Origin: a virus
Taxonomy: Duplodnaviria > Caudoviricetes
Length of the DNA stretch: 59,268 nt
Reading direction: 5' to 3' (one strand)
Virus record (IMG/VR): IMGVR_UViG_3300028024_000010
Span: 1 to 59,268 of that record
Shown: positions 27,831-37,265 of the stretch, one piece after another
Numbering within the stretch: the stretch's first letter is position 1
How the letters are laid out: each line of letters begins with the position of its first letter
Program-made: the position numbers and the translations under genes
Notes under the pieces: model-generated
Told to the model about the DNA's origin: nothing
Databases searched by the model: none
Seen by the model: the letters and a program-made list of their open reading frames with translations, nothing else

Positions 27831-29001
27831 CGTGATCGGCGAATTCGAGACGATCGAGGCCTGCAAGTCGCGCTCGATCGCCCGTTATGGAGACGGTGAG
27901 TTCAATCTGGCGATCGGCCGCAAATGTGTCAGTCAGGAGGCAGATGACCGGCTCGCCGCCGAACTGCGCGCGATCCTGGCGCAGCCGACGTCCTGTATGG
28001 TTGGGATCCCGAACATCGCGCAAAGCCCCCGGGCGATCTCCTGGCAGAAATATGCCGACGGCCCGGCCGGCAGGCTGCTCGGTAAGGGTCCGTTCTATTC
28101 GAGCTTCATCACCCGGCCAGACAATGCGCCGCATATCGACACGCTGGCCTATTGGGATGCCATCTGGTCGCTCTGGCGCGGCAAAGACGTCACCCTCGTG
28201 CTCGGCGACCGCCGGTCGCTACGCCCGGAGATGCTCGAAGAGACCGGCAAGCTGACCGTGATCGAGGATCTGCGGCCGGTGACCGAGGGCGGCTGGACCA
28301 AGCATGCCTATCGGCATGTCGACGAGATCGAGGAGCGGATCGGGACGCCGGCCGGCACCGTGATCATGTGCCTCGGCGCTACCGCGACGGTCCTCGCCGA
28401 GCGGCTGGCGCGCAAGGGCGTCCATGCGCTCGATCTTGGCCACGTCGGCATGTTCGCGCGGCACGCTGGCATCTACCGTTACAGTCAGGATGACCTCTGT
28501 TCGCCGGCTTACCGGCAGACGCTCGCTCTGGTCCGAAAGAACGTGAAGGGCTGGGGCGGCGATGGCGGCAAGCATGCCGATGAAGCGCGGCGCCTGGCGG
28601 ACGAGTTCGAGGCGGCGACCATCCTGGACTATGGATGCGGTACCGGCAAACTGGCCGAAGCAATGGCGCCGCGCCGCGTCATGCAATACGACGCCGGCAT
28701 CGAGGGCAAGAATGGCATGCCGAAGCCGGTCGATCTGGTCGTCTGCACCGATGTCCTTGAACACGTCGAGCCGGAAAAACTGGATGCGGTGCTCGATCAT
28801 CTGTTCCGGCTCGCCGGCAAGGCGCTCTATGTCGTCATCTCGACCCGGCCGGCGCGGACGATCCTGCCGGATGGCCGCAACGCCCATCTTTTGGTGAAGC
28901 CGGCCGATTGGTGGCATGCCAAGTTCCAGGAGCAGGGCTGGAAGGGCGCCTATCGCCGCGAAGGCGATGACAAGGAAGCCCGGTTCTGGTTCCGGAAATG
29001 A
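27817..29001 (+). CDS. GT-D fold (DUF1792-like) glycosyltransferase fused to a class I SAM methyltransferase
   Basis: SIARYGDGEF and LGATATVLA..ALDLGH; then ILDYGCGTG and DLVVCTDVLEHV; TTG start. Confidence 0.8.
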   Translation: MPYPDVIGEFETIEACKSRSIARYGDGEFNLAIGRKCVSQEADDRLAAELRAILAQPTSCMVGIPNIAQSPRAISWQKYADGPAGRLLGKGPFYSSFITRPDNAPHIDTLAYWDAIWSLWRGKDVTLVLGDRRSLRPEMLEETGKLTVIEDLRPVTEGGWTKHAYRHVDEIEERIGTPAGTVIMCLGATATVLAERLARKGVHALDLGHVGMFARHAGIYRYSQDDLCSPAYRQTLALVRKNVKGWGGDGGKHADEARRLADEFEAATILDYGCGTGKLAEAMAPRRVMQYDAGIEGKNGMPKPVDLVVCTDVLEHVEPEKLDAVLDHLFRLAGKALYVVISTRPARTILPDGRNAHLLVKPADWWHAKFQEQGWKGAYRREGDDKEARFWFRK

Positions 29002-29621
29002 TCAGCCGCGCCGACTGGACCCCGCAGGTCAGCGACGAAGCCTTCGCTTTCCTGGCGATCCAACGCGGCCGGCTGAACGACATCGTCGGCAATCGGGCGG
29101 CTTGGCTGGAAGCCTATAAGACATCGCTGTTCGACTGGTACGAGACCGCGTTGCCCTACCTGCCGGAAGCCTGCGGCGCGATCTGCGATATCGGCGGTGG
29201 GATGGGCGGTATAGATGCGCTGCTGAGCCTGCATTACGGCGGCACCGATGTTTTCGTCCTGGACGGCGTCGCCGATCAGCCGATTTTCGCGCAGACCATA
29301 CGGCCGTTCAATGACATGCGGGTGACGGCCCGTTTTCTGGCGGCGAATGGCATCGAGACCTTCGGCTATTTCCCGCCGGCTTCGCGTTCGACCGAGACCA
29401 AGTTCGACCTGATCCTCAGCTGCCAGGCTTGGTGCTTTCATCTGCCGCCGGCGGCCTATGCCGAATTCGCCCTCGATGGCTGGAAGAATGGTACGCGCAT
29501 GATCGTCGATCTCCGGCGTGGCCGCACCGACTGGCGCGAAGAGCTCGAGGCGGATTTCGGCCGGGCCGAGGTCATCCATCAGGATCGCAAGTTCGAAAGG
29601 CTCGTTTTCGGGCATGCCTGA
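28998..29621 (+). CDS. Class I SAM-dependent methyltransferase
   Basis: ICDIGGGMGG and FDLILS..AWCFH motifs. Confidence 0.75.
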   Translation: MISRADWTPQVSDEAFAFLAIQRGRLNDIVGNRAAWLEAYKTSLFDWYETALPYLPEACGAICDIGGGMGGIDALLSLHYGGTDVFVLDGVADQPIFAQTIRPFNDMRVTARFLAANGIETFGYFPPASRSTETKFDLILSCQAWCFHLPPAAYAEFALDGWKNGTRMIVDLRRGRTDWREELEADFGRAEVIHQDRKFERLVFGHA

Positions 29622-30210
29622 CCAGATCACGGTCCTGGCAGGCGGCTGGTCGGCGGGCCTGCTGGACCTGACGCAGCTGCCGGGTCTGGTGATCGGGGTC
29701 AATGACAGCGCCATCCATGCGCACTGCGATCATGTCGTCTCAATGGACCGGCTTTGGACCGAGCATCGCGCCGCGCATCTGGCGTTCTGCAACATGCCGG
29801 CGCATATCCGCGCCGCGGCGCTGAAGAATGTGAAGCCCTGGCCGTCGCTGAAGCCTTTCGAATGTGATCATAGATCGGCGGTCTTCTCGGACGAGCCCGG
29901 CATCTTGAATGGGACGAATTCCGGGCTCTGCGCCTTCAATCTCGCCTACCAGATGCGACCGAAACGGATCTTCCTGATCGGCTTCGACATGCAGAAGGGC
30001 CCTAACGGGGCAGGGCACTGGTTTCCAGATTATCCGTGGGCACCTGGCGGCGCGACCAAACAGGGGAAATACAATGCTTGGGCAATGGAATTCCATTGCG
30101 CCGGCGGTAAATGCCACGCGGCCGGGATCGAGGTCATCAATGTGGGTGAGCGGTCGCTGATCGACGCTTTCCCGAAGATCAACAGCAAGGATTTCGGTCG
30201 TTACCGATGA
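29614..30210 (+). CDS. Second Maf/DUF115/CstII-like glycosyltransferase-fold protein
   Basis: VLAGGWS, IGVND, NSGLCAFNLA, IFLIGFDM, HWF; paralogous to 27174..27830. Confidence 0.65.
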   Translation: MPDQITVLAGGWSAGLLDLTQLPGLVIGVNDSAIHAHCDHVVSMDRLWTEHRAAHLAFCNMPAHIRAAALKNVKPWPSLKPFECDHRSAVFSDEPGILNGTNSGLCAFNLAYQMRPKRIFLIGFDMQKGPNGAGHWFPDYPWAPGGATKQGKYNAWAMEFHCAGGKCHAAGIEVINVGERSLIDAFPKINSKDFGRYR

Positions 30211-30902
30211 GAGATGTGACCCTCTGTTTAAGCTTCTACATCAACAATTCTATGCTGGCAGAGCAATACCGCCAGCTCCGCGCGCTGCCGGCTGATCTGA
30301 AAACGCATCTTCGCCTGATCGTTGTCGATGACTGCTCGCCAGATCCAGCCTGGGCCGAGGATCTCGGCTTGCCGATGCGTCTCTATCGGATGCAGAAGGA
30401 TATCGCCTGGAACCAGGATGCCTGTCGCAACTTGGCGGTCAAGGAAGCCGAGACCGACTGGGTCCTGATGACGGATATGGACCACATCGTCCCAGAACAG
30501 ACATGGCGCCGCGTCATTACCGGTAGCCTCGACCCGAACACCGCCTTTCGGTTTGCCCGCGTCTCGATGCCGAAACGGGACGCATACAAGCCGCATCCGA
30601 ACAGCTGGCTGATGACGACAGCGGTCTTCGAGAAGGCCGGCGGCTATGATGAGCGGTTCGCCGGCTATTACGGCACCGATGGCGACTTCGTCGGCCGATT
30701 GAGTGCGCAGGCGCCGATCGAGCAGCTGAAGGAGCATATCATCCGCTACCCGCGCGAGGTGATCCCGGATGCCTCGACAACGACGCTGATCAGGAAGTCG
30801 GAAGAGAACGGCGAGGCGATCAAACGGATCAAGGCCGAGCGTAAGCTGGAAACCGATGGCCGCCCCAAGCGCTATCAGACGCCCTGGGAGCGCATCGCCT
30901 GA
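30207..30902 (+). CDS. GT-A glycosyltransferase (GT2/GT7-like)
   Basis: IVVDDCS, RNL, DxD in TDMD, GGYDERF.GY..D.DF. Confidence 0.85.
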   Translation: MRDVTLCLSFYINNSMLAEQYRQLRALPADLKTHLRLIVVDDCSPDPAWAEDLGLPMRLYRMQKDIAWNQDACRNLAVKEAETDWVLMTDMDHIVPEQTWRRVITGSLDPNTAFRFARVSMPKRDAYKPHPNSWLMTTAVFEKAGGYDERFAGYYGTDGDFVGRLSAQAPIEQLKEHIIRYPREVIPDASTTTLIRKSEENGEAIKRIKAERKLETDGRPKRYQTPWERIA

Positions 30903-30904
30903 TC

Positions 30905-31612
30905 ATGCTGTCGATCGTCTGTTTTAAATGGAAACCGAAGGGCGCCTATCGGTCGATCTTCGGTGCCCAAACCGTCAATATCCTGAAGCGGATGGTCGAC
31001 CGGCATTATGCCAACCCGCACCGCGTGATTTGCGTTACCGATGACGCTCGCGATATCGATCCGGATATCGAGATCATGCCGCTCTGGGACGATCACGCGA
31101 ACGTGCCGTCGCCGCATGGTGCCGGCAATCCGAGCTGCTACCGCCGCTTGAAGGCCTACAGCAAGGAGGCGTCCGACTGGTTCGGTCCGCGCTTTGTCAT
31201 TCTGGATCTGGACTGCGTCATCGTGCGCGACATGGTGCCGGTCTGGGACACGCCGGCGGATTTCTGCATCTGGGGCGATACCAATCCGATGAGCCCCTAT
31301 AACGGCTCCATGCAGCTGATGAATACCGGAGCCCGGTCGCAGGTCTGGGAAACCTTCGACCCGGTCGAGAGCCCGAAGCGGTCGAAGGCGATGGGATATT
31401 TCGGGTCGGATCAGGGTTGGATCGCCGCCTGCCTCGGCCCGAACGAGAACAGATGGTCGACCGTCAACGGCGTCTATTCGTATCGCAACCATATCGCCCG
31501 CGCCGCCGGCAAGCTGCCGCCAAACGCGCGGATCGTCTTTTTTCACGGTCAAACGGACCCCTGGCATCCCCAGGCGCAGGCGTTAGACTGGGTCAAGGAG
31601 CATTACCGCTGA
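30905..31612 (+). CDS. GT-A glycosyltransferase (GT8-like)
   Basis: ICVTD, LDLDCVI, NGS, SDQGWI, IVFFHG..DPW. Confidence 0.8.
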   Translation: MLSIVCFKWKPKGAYRSIFGAQTVNILKRMVDRHYANPHRVICVTDDARDIDPDIEIMPLWDDHANVPSPHGAGNPSCYRRLKAYSKEASDWFGPRFVILDLDCVIVRDMVPVWDTPADFCIWGDTNPMSPYNGSMQLMNTGARSQVWETFDPVESPKRSKAMGYFGSDQGWIAACLGPNENRWSTVNGVYSYRNHIARAAGKLPPNARIVFFHGQTDPWHPQAQALDWVKEHYR

Positions 31613-32319
31613 TGGCCGAGGATTTCAGCCGCATCGTCGATCTCGGCGCCGAGCTGCAGCGCGACCTTGCGCAATTGCTACCGCAGGAAGTCCAGCAACT
31701 GCATGTCGCTTATGCCAAAGAGGTGAAGGCCGCGGAAATGTCTGCCGGCGGTTTCCGGCCGACCGAGGTGCAGACCATTGTCGACGGCCGGTCGCCGGCG
31801 GCCGAGGAACAGGTGCGGCCCTTCGGCATCATCGCTTATCGCTTCGGCTCGATTGTCGATGTGGCTTTCGAAGTGCGCGACCTGCTGATCAGGGAATCGC
31901 CGAAGGGCGAAACCGGCCTCTATTCGCAGAGCTGGTTCGCGATCGTCAACGGCGAGCCGGTTGCCTGGGAAGCGCTGGAGCAGACATGGAAGCCGGGCCA
32001 AGAGATCTGGATCAGCAACGACCAGCCGTATTCTCGCATCCTTGAAGTCGGCGCTGACCCCAATGGGCCGCTGCGGGTCTTCAAGGTGCCGAACCACACG
32101 ACGCAGAAGATCCTGCCGGAAGCCCGCAGCCGGTTCGGCAATCTCGTGCGCATCAACGACACCTTCATCGACCTGCATGGTCCGGGAACAGGCAAAGCCA
32201 AGCCAAGCCGGACGCATGGCAGCTCGGTCCCCTGGATCCTGCAGAATTCGCAGGGTCGCAAGGGCCGGCTGGCCGGCGATCCGATCAACTATCCTGCCGT
32301 GGTGATCACGCCGCTATGA
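31612..32319 (+). CDS. Neck/tail-completion protein (HK97 gp10-like)
   Basis: SP..TG.Y..SW and N..PY.RILE motifs; position. Confidence 0.7.
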   Translation: MAEDFSRIVDLGAELQRDLAQLLPQEVQQLHVAYAKEVKAAEMSAGGFRPTEVQTIVDGRSPAAEEQVRPFGIIAYRFGSIVDVAFEVRDLLIRESPKGETGLYSQSWFAIVNGEPVAWEALEQTWKPGQEIWISNDQPYSRILEVGADPNGPLRVFKVPNHTTQKILPEARSRFGNLVRINDTFIDLHGPGTGKAKPSRTHGSSVPWILQNSQGRKGRLAGDPINYPAVVITPL

Positions 32320-32747
32320 ATATCATCGAAGCCCGCCAGGCCGTGAAGCAATACGTCACGGATCATTGGACGACGACGCCGATCGTCTGGCCGAACCCGG
32401 CCCGCCCCGGAAAGGGACCGCCGAAGCAGATATCGGACATCGATCCGCATTGGATCGCCCTCGAAATCCTGGATCTCAGGGCCGATACCGGCCTCGGCGA
32501 GGTTGGAAGCCGTTTCGCGCAGGATGACGGCTTGTTCATCATCAACGCCTTTGCACCGGTGATGACGGATGAGGATCAGCTTTGGAGCATCGCGTTCCAA
32601 TTCAGCGAGATTTTCCGCGCGCTGAAACTCGATGGCTTGCAATTCATGTCACCGCGAATCCAGCCATCCGCCACGCGGTCCAGCGATGACGGCGCCTGGT
32701 ACGCGCTGACCGCGACGGTGCCGTTCATGCTTTTAGGTACCGTCTGA
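32316..32747 (+). CDS. Tail terminator protein
   Basis: IVWPN and W...TVPF motifs; position before the major tail gene. Confidence 0.7.
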   Translation: MNIIEARQAVKQYVTDHWTTTPIVWPNPARPGKGPPKQISDIDPHWIALEILDLRADTGLGEVGSRFAQDDGLFIINAFAPVMTDEDQLWSIAFQFSEIFRALKLDGLQFMSPRIQPSATRSSDDGAWYALTATVPFMLLGTV

Positions 32748-32766
32748 CAGACGGTCAGCCCTCATA

Positions 32767-32783
32767 GCCCTTGGGCAAGGCAG
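32767..32783 (+). promoter_or_regulatory. 17-bp leader motif, copy 2, upstream of the major tail gene
   Basis: GCCCTTGGGCAAGGCAG followed by an AGGCGCC/GGCGCCT hairpin and T-run. Confidence 0.6.
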
Positions 32784-32827
32784 TGATCGAGGCGCCTCCA
32801 GGCGCCTTTTTCTTTATGGAGCCCCCA

Positions 32828-33289
32828 ATGACTGCACAACCGTTACCAGCCTCTGGTTCCAAACTCTACATCGGCGGCATCGGCGATCTCGACGCCGAAA
32901 CGGGTTGGACCCTGATTGGCCGCGTGATCACCATGGGTGAATGGGGCGGCAAAGACGATCTCATCGACTTCGTCGACCTCGGCACCGGTATCCACATCAA
33001 ACTGAAGGGTCCGACCAATGCCGGGTCCATGGCATGCGGCATGGCGCGCGTGCCGAGCGATGCCGGCCAGGCCGCCTTGCAGGCAGCTTATGACGACAAG
33101 GTCAATGACTACAACTTCAAGGTTACGCTGCCGGATACGCCGAGCCATACCGGCGGCACGCCGACGACCCAGAAGTTCAAGGGCAAGGTGATGGGATATA
33201 CGACCAATATCCAGAATGCGAACAGCGTCATCCAGGCCGGCGTCGCGATCGAGCTGACGAGCGTACCGGAAGAAACGCCGGCCGCGTAA
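32828..33289 (+). CDS. Major tail tube protein
   Basis: GSKLYIG, KLKG..NAG, DAGQ.AL, YNFKV. Confidence 0.85.
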   Translation: MTAQPLPASGSKLYIGGIGDLDAETGWTLIGRVITMGEWGGKDDLIDFVDLGTGIHIKLKGPTNAGSMACGMARVPSDAGQAALQAAYDDKVNDYNFKVTLPDTPSHTGGTPTTQKFKGKVMGYTTNIQNANSVIQAGVAIELTSVPEETPAA

Positions 33290-33353
33290 CAGCCAAGCCT
33301 TTTCTGATTGAGCCGTCGCAGATCCCTGCGGCGGCATTTTCTTTGGAGCAAAC

Positions 33354-33704
33354 ATGTCGAATTTGAACGATGGCGAAGTGCAGATTGTCCTCGGCGATGA
33401 AACTGTCACCCTGGAGCCGACGATCGAGGCCGTGAAATCGCTTTCAAGGCTCTATGGCGGCCTGCAGGGTGCCCTGAAAGCCTGCAGCAACCAGGATATC
33501 GAGGCGCAGGCGGCGATCGTGCAGATCGGCGCCAATATCGAAGACAAGGCCGATATCAAGATGCTGCCGCTACGGATTTTCAAGGCCGGCATGCTGAAGA
33601 CGACGCCGCTGCTCAACGATTACATCCTGATGCTGATGAATGGCGGCAAGCCGCTCGTCGAGCAATCTGACAGCGGAAACGACGCGGGAAACTCACCTGG
33701 CTGA
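33354..33704 (+). CDS. Tail assembly chaperone (gpG)
   Basis: Between tail tube and tape measure genes; ends at a slippery site. Confidence 0.8.
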   Translation: MSNLNDGEVQIVLGDETVTLEPTIEAVKSLSRLYGGLQGALKACSNQDIEAQAAIVQIGANIEDKADIKMLPLRIFKAGMLKTTPLLNDYILMLMNGGKPLVEQSDSGNDAGNSPG

Positions 33705-33943
33705 GCATCGAGGACTACTGCGTCCACCTCTACGGCATCGCTAGAGGGGTGCTCGGCTTTACCGAACGCGAGGCAATGCGCACGCCAATGCCTCGGATCG
33801 AAATCGCCCATAAGGCGCGCCTCGATTTCGAGATCGATATCAATCCCATGATCAAGAAACCGGAAGCGTTCCCGATTCCGACGCAAGCGCCTGAGGAGTT
33901 TTTCGCCATGATGAAGCGCAGGCAGAAGGCCAAGAATGGCTAA
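33686..33943 (+). CDS. gpGT extension produced by a -1 ribosomal frameshift
   Basis: In-frame G GGA AAC heptamer at 33686-33692; the -1 frame is open (KLTWLSIEDYC..VLGFTERE) to 33943. Confidence 0.8.
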   Translation, partial: GKLTWLSIEDYCVHLYGIARGVLGFTEREAMRTPMPRIEIAHKARLDFEIDINPMIKKPEAFPIPTQAPEEFFAMMKRRQKAKNG

Positions 33944-36900
33944 TAATTTTCAGAAGATCTATCAGATCGTCATCAAAGCGACCGGCGCCGATGAGGTCGA
34001 GAAAGCGCTTGCCGGCCTTATTGAGACGACCAAACAAGCTGCGACTGCGACAGCATCCCTTGACCGTATCAATCAGCGATTTGAATCGTTACAGCGCAGC
34101 CTCGATCCCCTAGCACAATCACAGATGGCCCTCGCTAAGGGCCTAAATACGATCACGCAATATGCCAATGCTACTGGTCAGGCGCTGTCTACGTTTCAGC
34201 CCGAGATCCAGAAGCTATATGACAAATATGATGCTGGCACGAAAGCGGCCAAGGCATTTGCCGATGCTCAGAACGTCGACGCGAAATCCTGGGTCTCTCG
34301 CTATGACCCGGTAACGACTGCGCAGGCTCGGTATAACGATGCCGTCACGAAGGGCACCGCTCTTGTCAAAGCCAATCTGATCACCTCCGAACAATTTGCG
34401 GCGGGCCTCAGGTTCGAGCAGACGGCGCTTGACGCCGTGACTGCTGCGCAGAAGCGCGCCGCAGCTGGTGGCGGTTCACTGTTCGGCCTCAATAATATCG
34501 GCCGCATGGAGCTTCAGGCCTCGGCGATCAACTTCGTACAGGGCATCTCCGCCGGCATCTCCCCCCTTCGCATGATCCAAACCGAGGCGCCACAGGTCTT
34601 CGGCGCTCTTATCCAGGGTGGTTTGAAGGTCAGCGCCTCGATGCTTGGCATGGGCGCGGCGCTCGGTGGCGCGGCGCTTGTAGTGGGCGGTCTCGGATAC
34701 GCTTTTGAAGCGGGATCAAGGCAGGCCAACGCCTTTAACCAGGCAATGCGGCTGACGGCGGACTCGTCTGGCATGACGAGCACGCGCCTCGAGCAGATCA
34801 TCGCCTCGGCGCAGAAATTCAGCAATATCGGCGCCCTGTCGGCCCGCTCCGTCGCGACAGAGATGACGGCCAGCGGCAAGCTCAGCGCCGATGTCATCGA
34901 ACGGCTGACCGGCCTGACCGAGGATTACGCCAAGGCCACCGGGCAGACGGCTGAAAAAGCCGGTACGGAGCTGACCAAGCTCTTCAGCGACCCCAAGCAG
35001 GGGATGCAGCAGCTTGACGACCAATATAACCTCCTCGATCAACAGCAGCGCCATTATATCGAGCAGCTGATCGCTCAGGGTGATCGGACCGGGGCGCAGA
35101 TCGCGCTCTCCGATGCTCTGGCTGGCCGGATCCATAACGTCGCCGACAATGTCGGATATCTCGGGCAAGTCTTAAAAGAAACCGGACGTCTCTGGCAGGA
35201 CTTCTGGAACGCCGCCGACAGCATCGGGCGCCCGGAGACGACCGGGCAGAAGCTTGCTGATTTGGATGCTCAGATCACAAAGCTGCAGCAAGACCGCGAC
35301 AATCAGAGCCACGCTTTGCTTGGTCAGTTCCTGCCCTTCCCCGGGCAGCGCAACCTTCAGAACCTGATCAATCAGCGTTCCATCGTCGAGGCTCAGCAGG
35401 CCGCCGAAGAGCAGAAAGCCCAGTCCGATGCGGCGGCGGCACAGTTCCGCACGCTCACCAAGGACATGGGCGATGCGGCGCAAAAATATGACACCTTCAC
35501 CTCCAAACAAAAGGCGCTGACGGACGAAATCGCCCGGTTTGATCGGGCCATTATCGAACTCGAAAGCCATAAGCCGGCCCAGGGTCCGCAGGGCGCCGCC
35601 TCATCCGCCCGCGATCAGGCCCTTCAGGATGCGTTGACGTCACGCCGCTTCGCCGCCGCCGAACAGGCGGCGATGCGGACGCCGCAGGATGAAGCCATTA
35701 CCCGGTCGAATATCGATAAACAGGTAGCCGCCGCCGGTCCGATCACCCGGCCGGCGCTGCAGGCGCGTCTTACCGCCGAAGATTCTGCCCGCCACAACGT
35801 CCAGATTCTGGCGCAGCCGAATGCCGAGGATCTGATTAAGCAGCAGGGCCAGCTGGCGGCGACCAATGCTGTCCTCCAGCAGACGACAGCGATCAGGGAC
35901 CAGAACACCCAGCTCACCCTGAACGCCCGGCTGACCCTGGCGACGGGCGAAGCCTGGATGCGCTCCGCGACCGAAGGCGCTACCGCCGCGGCACGCCAGC
36001 AGGCTGCCGTCGAGGCGCTGACCCAGCCGATCAATGTCGGCGCCCGGACGCTGCAGATCCTCAATCAGCAGGTCAATGATGCCGTCACTGCCGGCGCGCA
36101 GCAGGTGCGCTCGCTCGACGACCAGGTCACCGCGCAGGAACGCCTGGCCGCCGCGGCGAAGGGCGGCCCGCTCTCCGAACACCAGGCCGAGGTTACCAAC
36201 CAGATCACGGCGGCGACCAAGGACCTGAACGACAAGATGGCGCTGGCGCTGAGCATCGGCAACACCAAGGCCGCGGCAGACTTTGCGGATCAGATCGGCA
36301 AGATCGCCGATCGGACACGTGAGGCCGATGCGGCGGCTACCAAGGCGGCGAAGTCCCTACAGCTATTCTCGGCCGTGGAAGACCAGGGCTATCAGATGCG
36401 CCTGCTCCAAGTACAAACGGACAATGTCGGGGCCAATGACAACCAGCAGCAAAAAGCTCTCGCCGTCGCGCAGGCACAGATCGATCTCGAGAAACAGCAT
36501 CAGGACCTGACCAGTGACGACGCCAAGAAGTATCTGGCGAACGCCGCGGCGATCGCGGACATGAATGCCGAGCTGACCCGCCAAAAGGCGATCGCCTCTG
36601 AGCTGCCGAACGCCTTCGACCAGGCATTCGACCGGATCGGCGAGGCGGTCACCCAGTTCGCGGTCCAGGGTGGCAACGCCTTTCAATCGCTGCAGAACGT
36701 CGGCAATGCTGTCCTTTCCGAGCTTTTCCAGGAAGCGCTCAAGCTGTCGGTCGTCAACCCGCTGAAAAACTGGATGAACGGCGACGATGCGCTACCGAGC
36801 TGGAACGCCGTCATGAACCATGTGACGCAGGGCAGCGGGTCGGTCGCCGGGGCCCGAAATCAGTCGACAGGTGCCTTCGACATGGTGCCCTCGAGCGGCA

Positions 36901-37265
36901 GCTGGCTTTCCGGCATCGGTTCCTGGATCGGTTCGCTCTTCGCCGATGGTGGCGTTATGACCTCGCGCGGCCGCCTGCCGATCCGTGCCTATTCCGCCGG
37001 TGGCGTCACATCGACACCGCAGCTCGCCATGTTCGGCGAGGGATCAACCCCGGAAGCCTATGTCCCGGTGCCGTCTGGCCGCATCCCGGTCGAAATCCGC
37101 AACTTTCAGCCGGCGCAGGCCGCGAACAGCAACGGCGAGCGCCAACTGGTCGTCCATTTCAACTTCCAGACCGCGGCTGCGGTGGATGCCTTCAACCGCA
37201 GTCCGTCTCAACACGCCTATAAGGCCGCCCGCGCCTTGCAATCCTCTCTTGCGCGGAACGGCTGA
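33936..37265 (+). CDS. Tape measure protein
   Basis: 1109 aa, A/Q-rich helical; FADGG and AMFGE.PEA C-terminal motifs. Confidence 0.92.
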   Translation: MANNFQKIYQIVIKATGADEVEKALAGLIETTKQAATATASLDRINQRFESLQRSLDPLAQSQMALAKGLNTITQYANATGQALSTFQPEIQKLYDKYDAGTKAAKAFADAQNVDAKSWVSRYDPVTTAQARYNDAVTKGTALVKANLITSEQFAAGLRFEQTALDAVTAAQKRAAAGGGSLFGLNNIGRMELQASAINFVQGISAGISPLRMIQTEAPQVFGALIQGGLKVSASMLGMGAALGGAALVVGGLGYAFEAGSRQANAFNQAMRLTADSSGMTSTRLEQIIASAQKFSNIGALSARSVATEMTASGKLSADVIERLTGLTEDYAKATGQTAEKAGTELTKLFSDPKQGMQQLDDQYNLLDQQQRHYIEQLIAQGDRTGAQIALSDALAGRIHNVADNVGYLGQVLKETGRLWQDFWNAADSIGRPETTGQKLADLDAQITKLQQDRDNQSHALLGQFLPFPGQRNLQNLINQRSIVEAQQAAEEQKAQSDAAAAQFRTLTKDMGDAAQKYDTFTSKQKALTDEIARFDRAIIELESHKPAQGPQGAASSARDQALQDALTSRRFAAAEQAAMRTPQDEAITRSNIDKQVAAAGPITRPALQARLTAEDSARHNVQILAQPNAEDLIKQQGQLAATNAVLQQTTAIRDQNTQLTLNARLTLATGEAWMRSATEGATAAARQQAAVEALTQPINVGARTLQILNQQVNDAVTAGAQQVRSLDDQVTAQERLAAAAKGGPLSEHQAEVTNQITAATKDLNDKMALALSIGNTKAAADFADQIGKIADRTREADAAATKAAKSLQLFSAVEDQGYQMRLLQVQTDNVGANDNQQQKALAVAQAQIDLEKQHQDLTSDDAKKYLANAAAIADMNAELTRQKAIASELPNAFDQAFDRIGEAVTQFAVQGGNAFQSLQNVGNAVLSELFQEALKLSVVNPLKNWMNGDDALPSWNAVMNHVTQGSGSVAGARNQSTGAFDMVPSSGSWLSGIGSWIGSLFADGGVMTSRGRLPIRAYSAGGVTSTPQLAMFGEGSTPEAYVPVPSGRIPVEIRNFQPAQAANSNGERQLVVHFNFQTAAAVDAFNRSPSQHAYKAARALQSSLARNG

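Noticed and set aside
27174-31612. GT cluster as a DNA hypermodification or O-antigen conversion locus
   Set aside because: Disfavoured but not excluded: no base hydroxymethylase, no GtrA/B-like membrane components, and the genes are coupled to virion genes.
32790-32816. Hairpin plus T-run as a true operon-ending terminator
   Set aside because: It lies mid-operon against the tail gene RBS, so it is more likely read through or part of the leader element; not listed separately.
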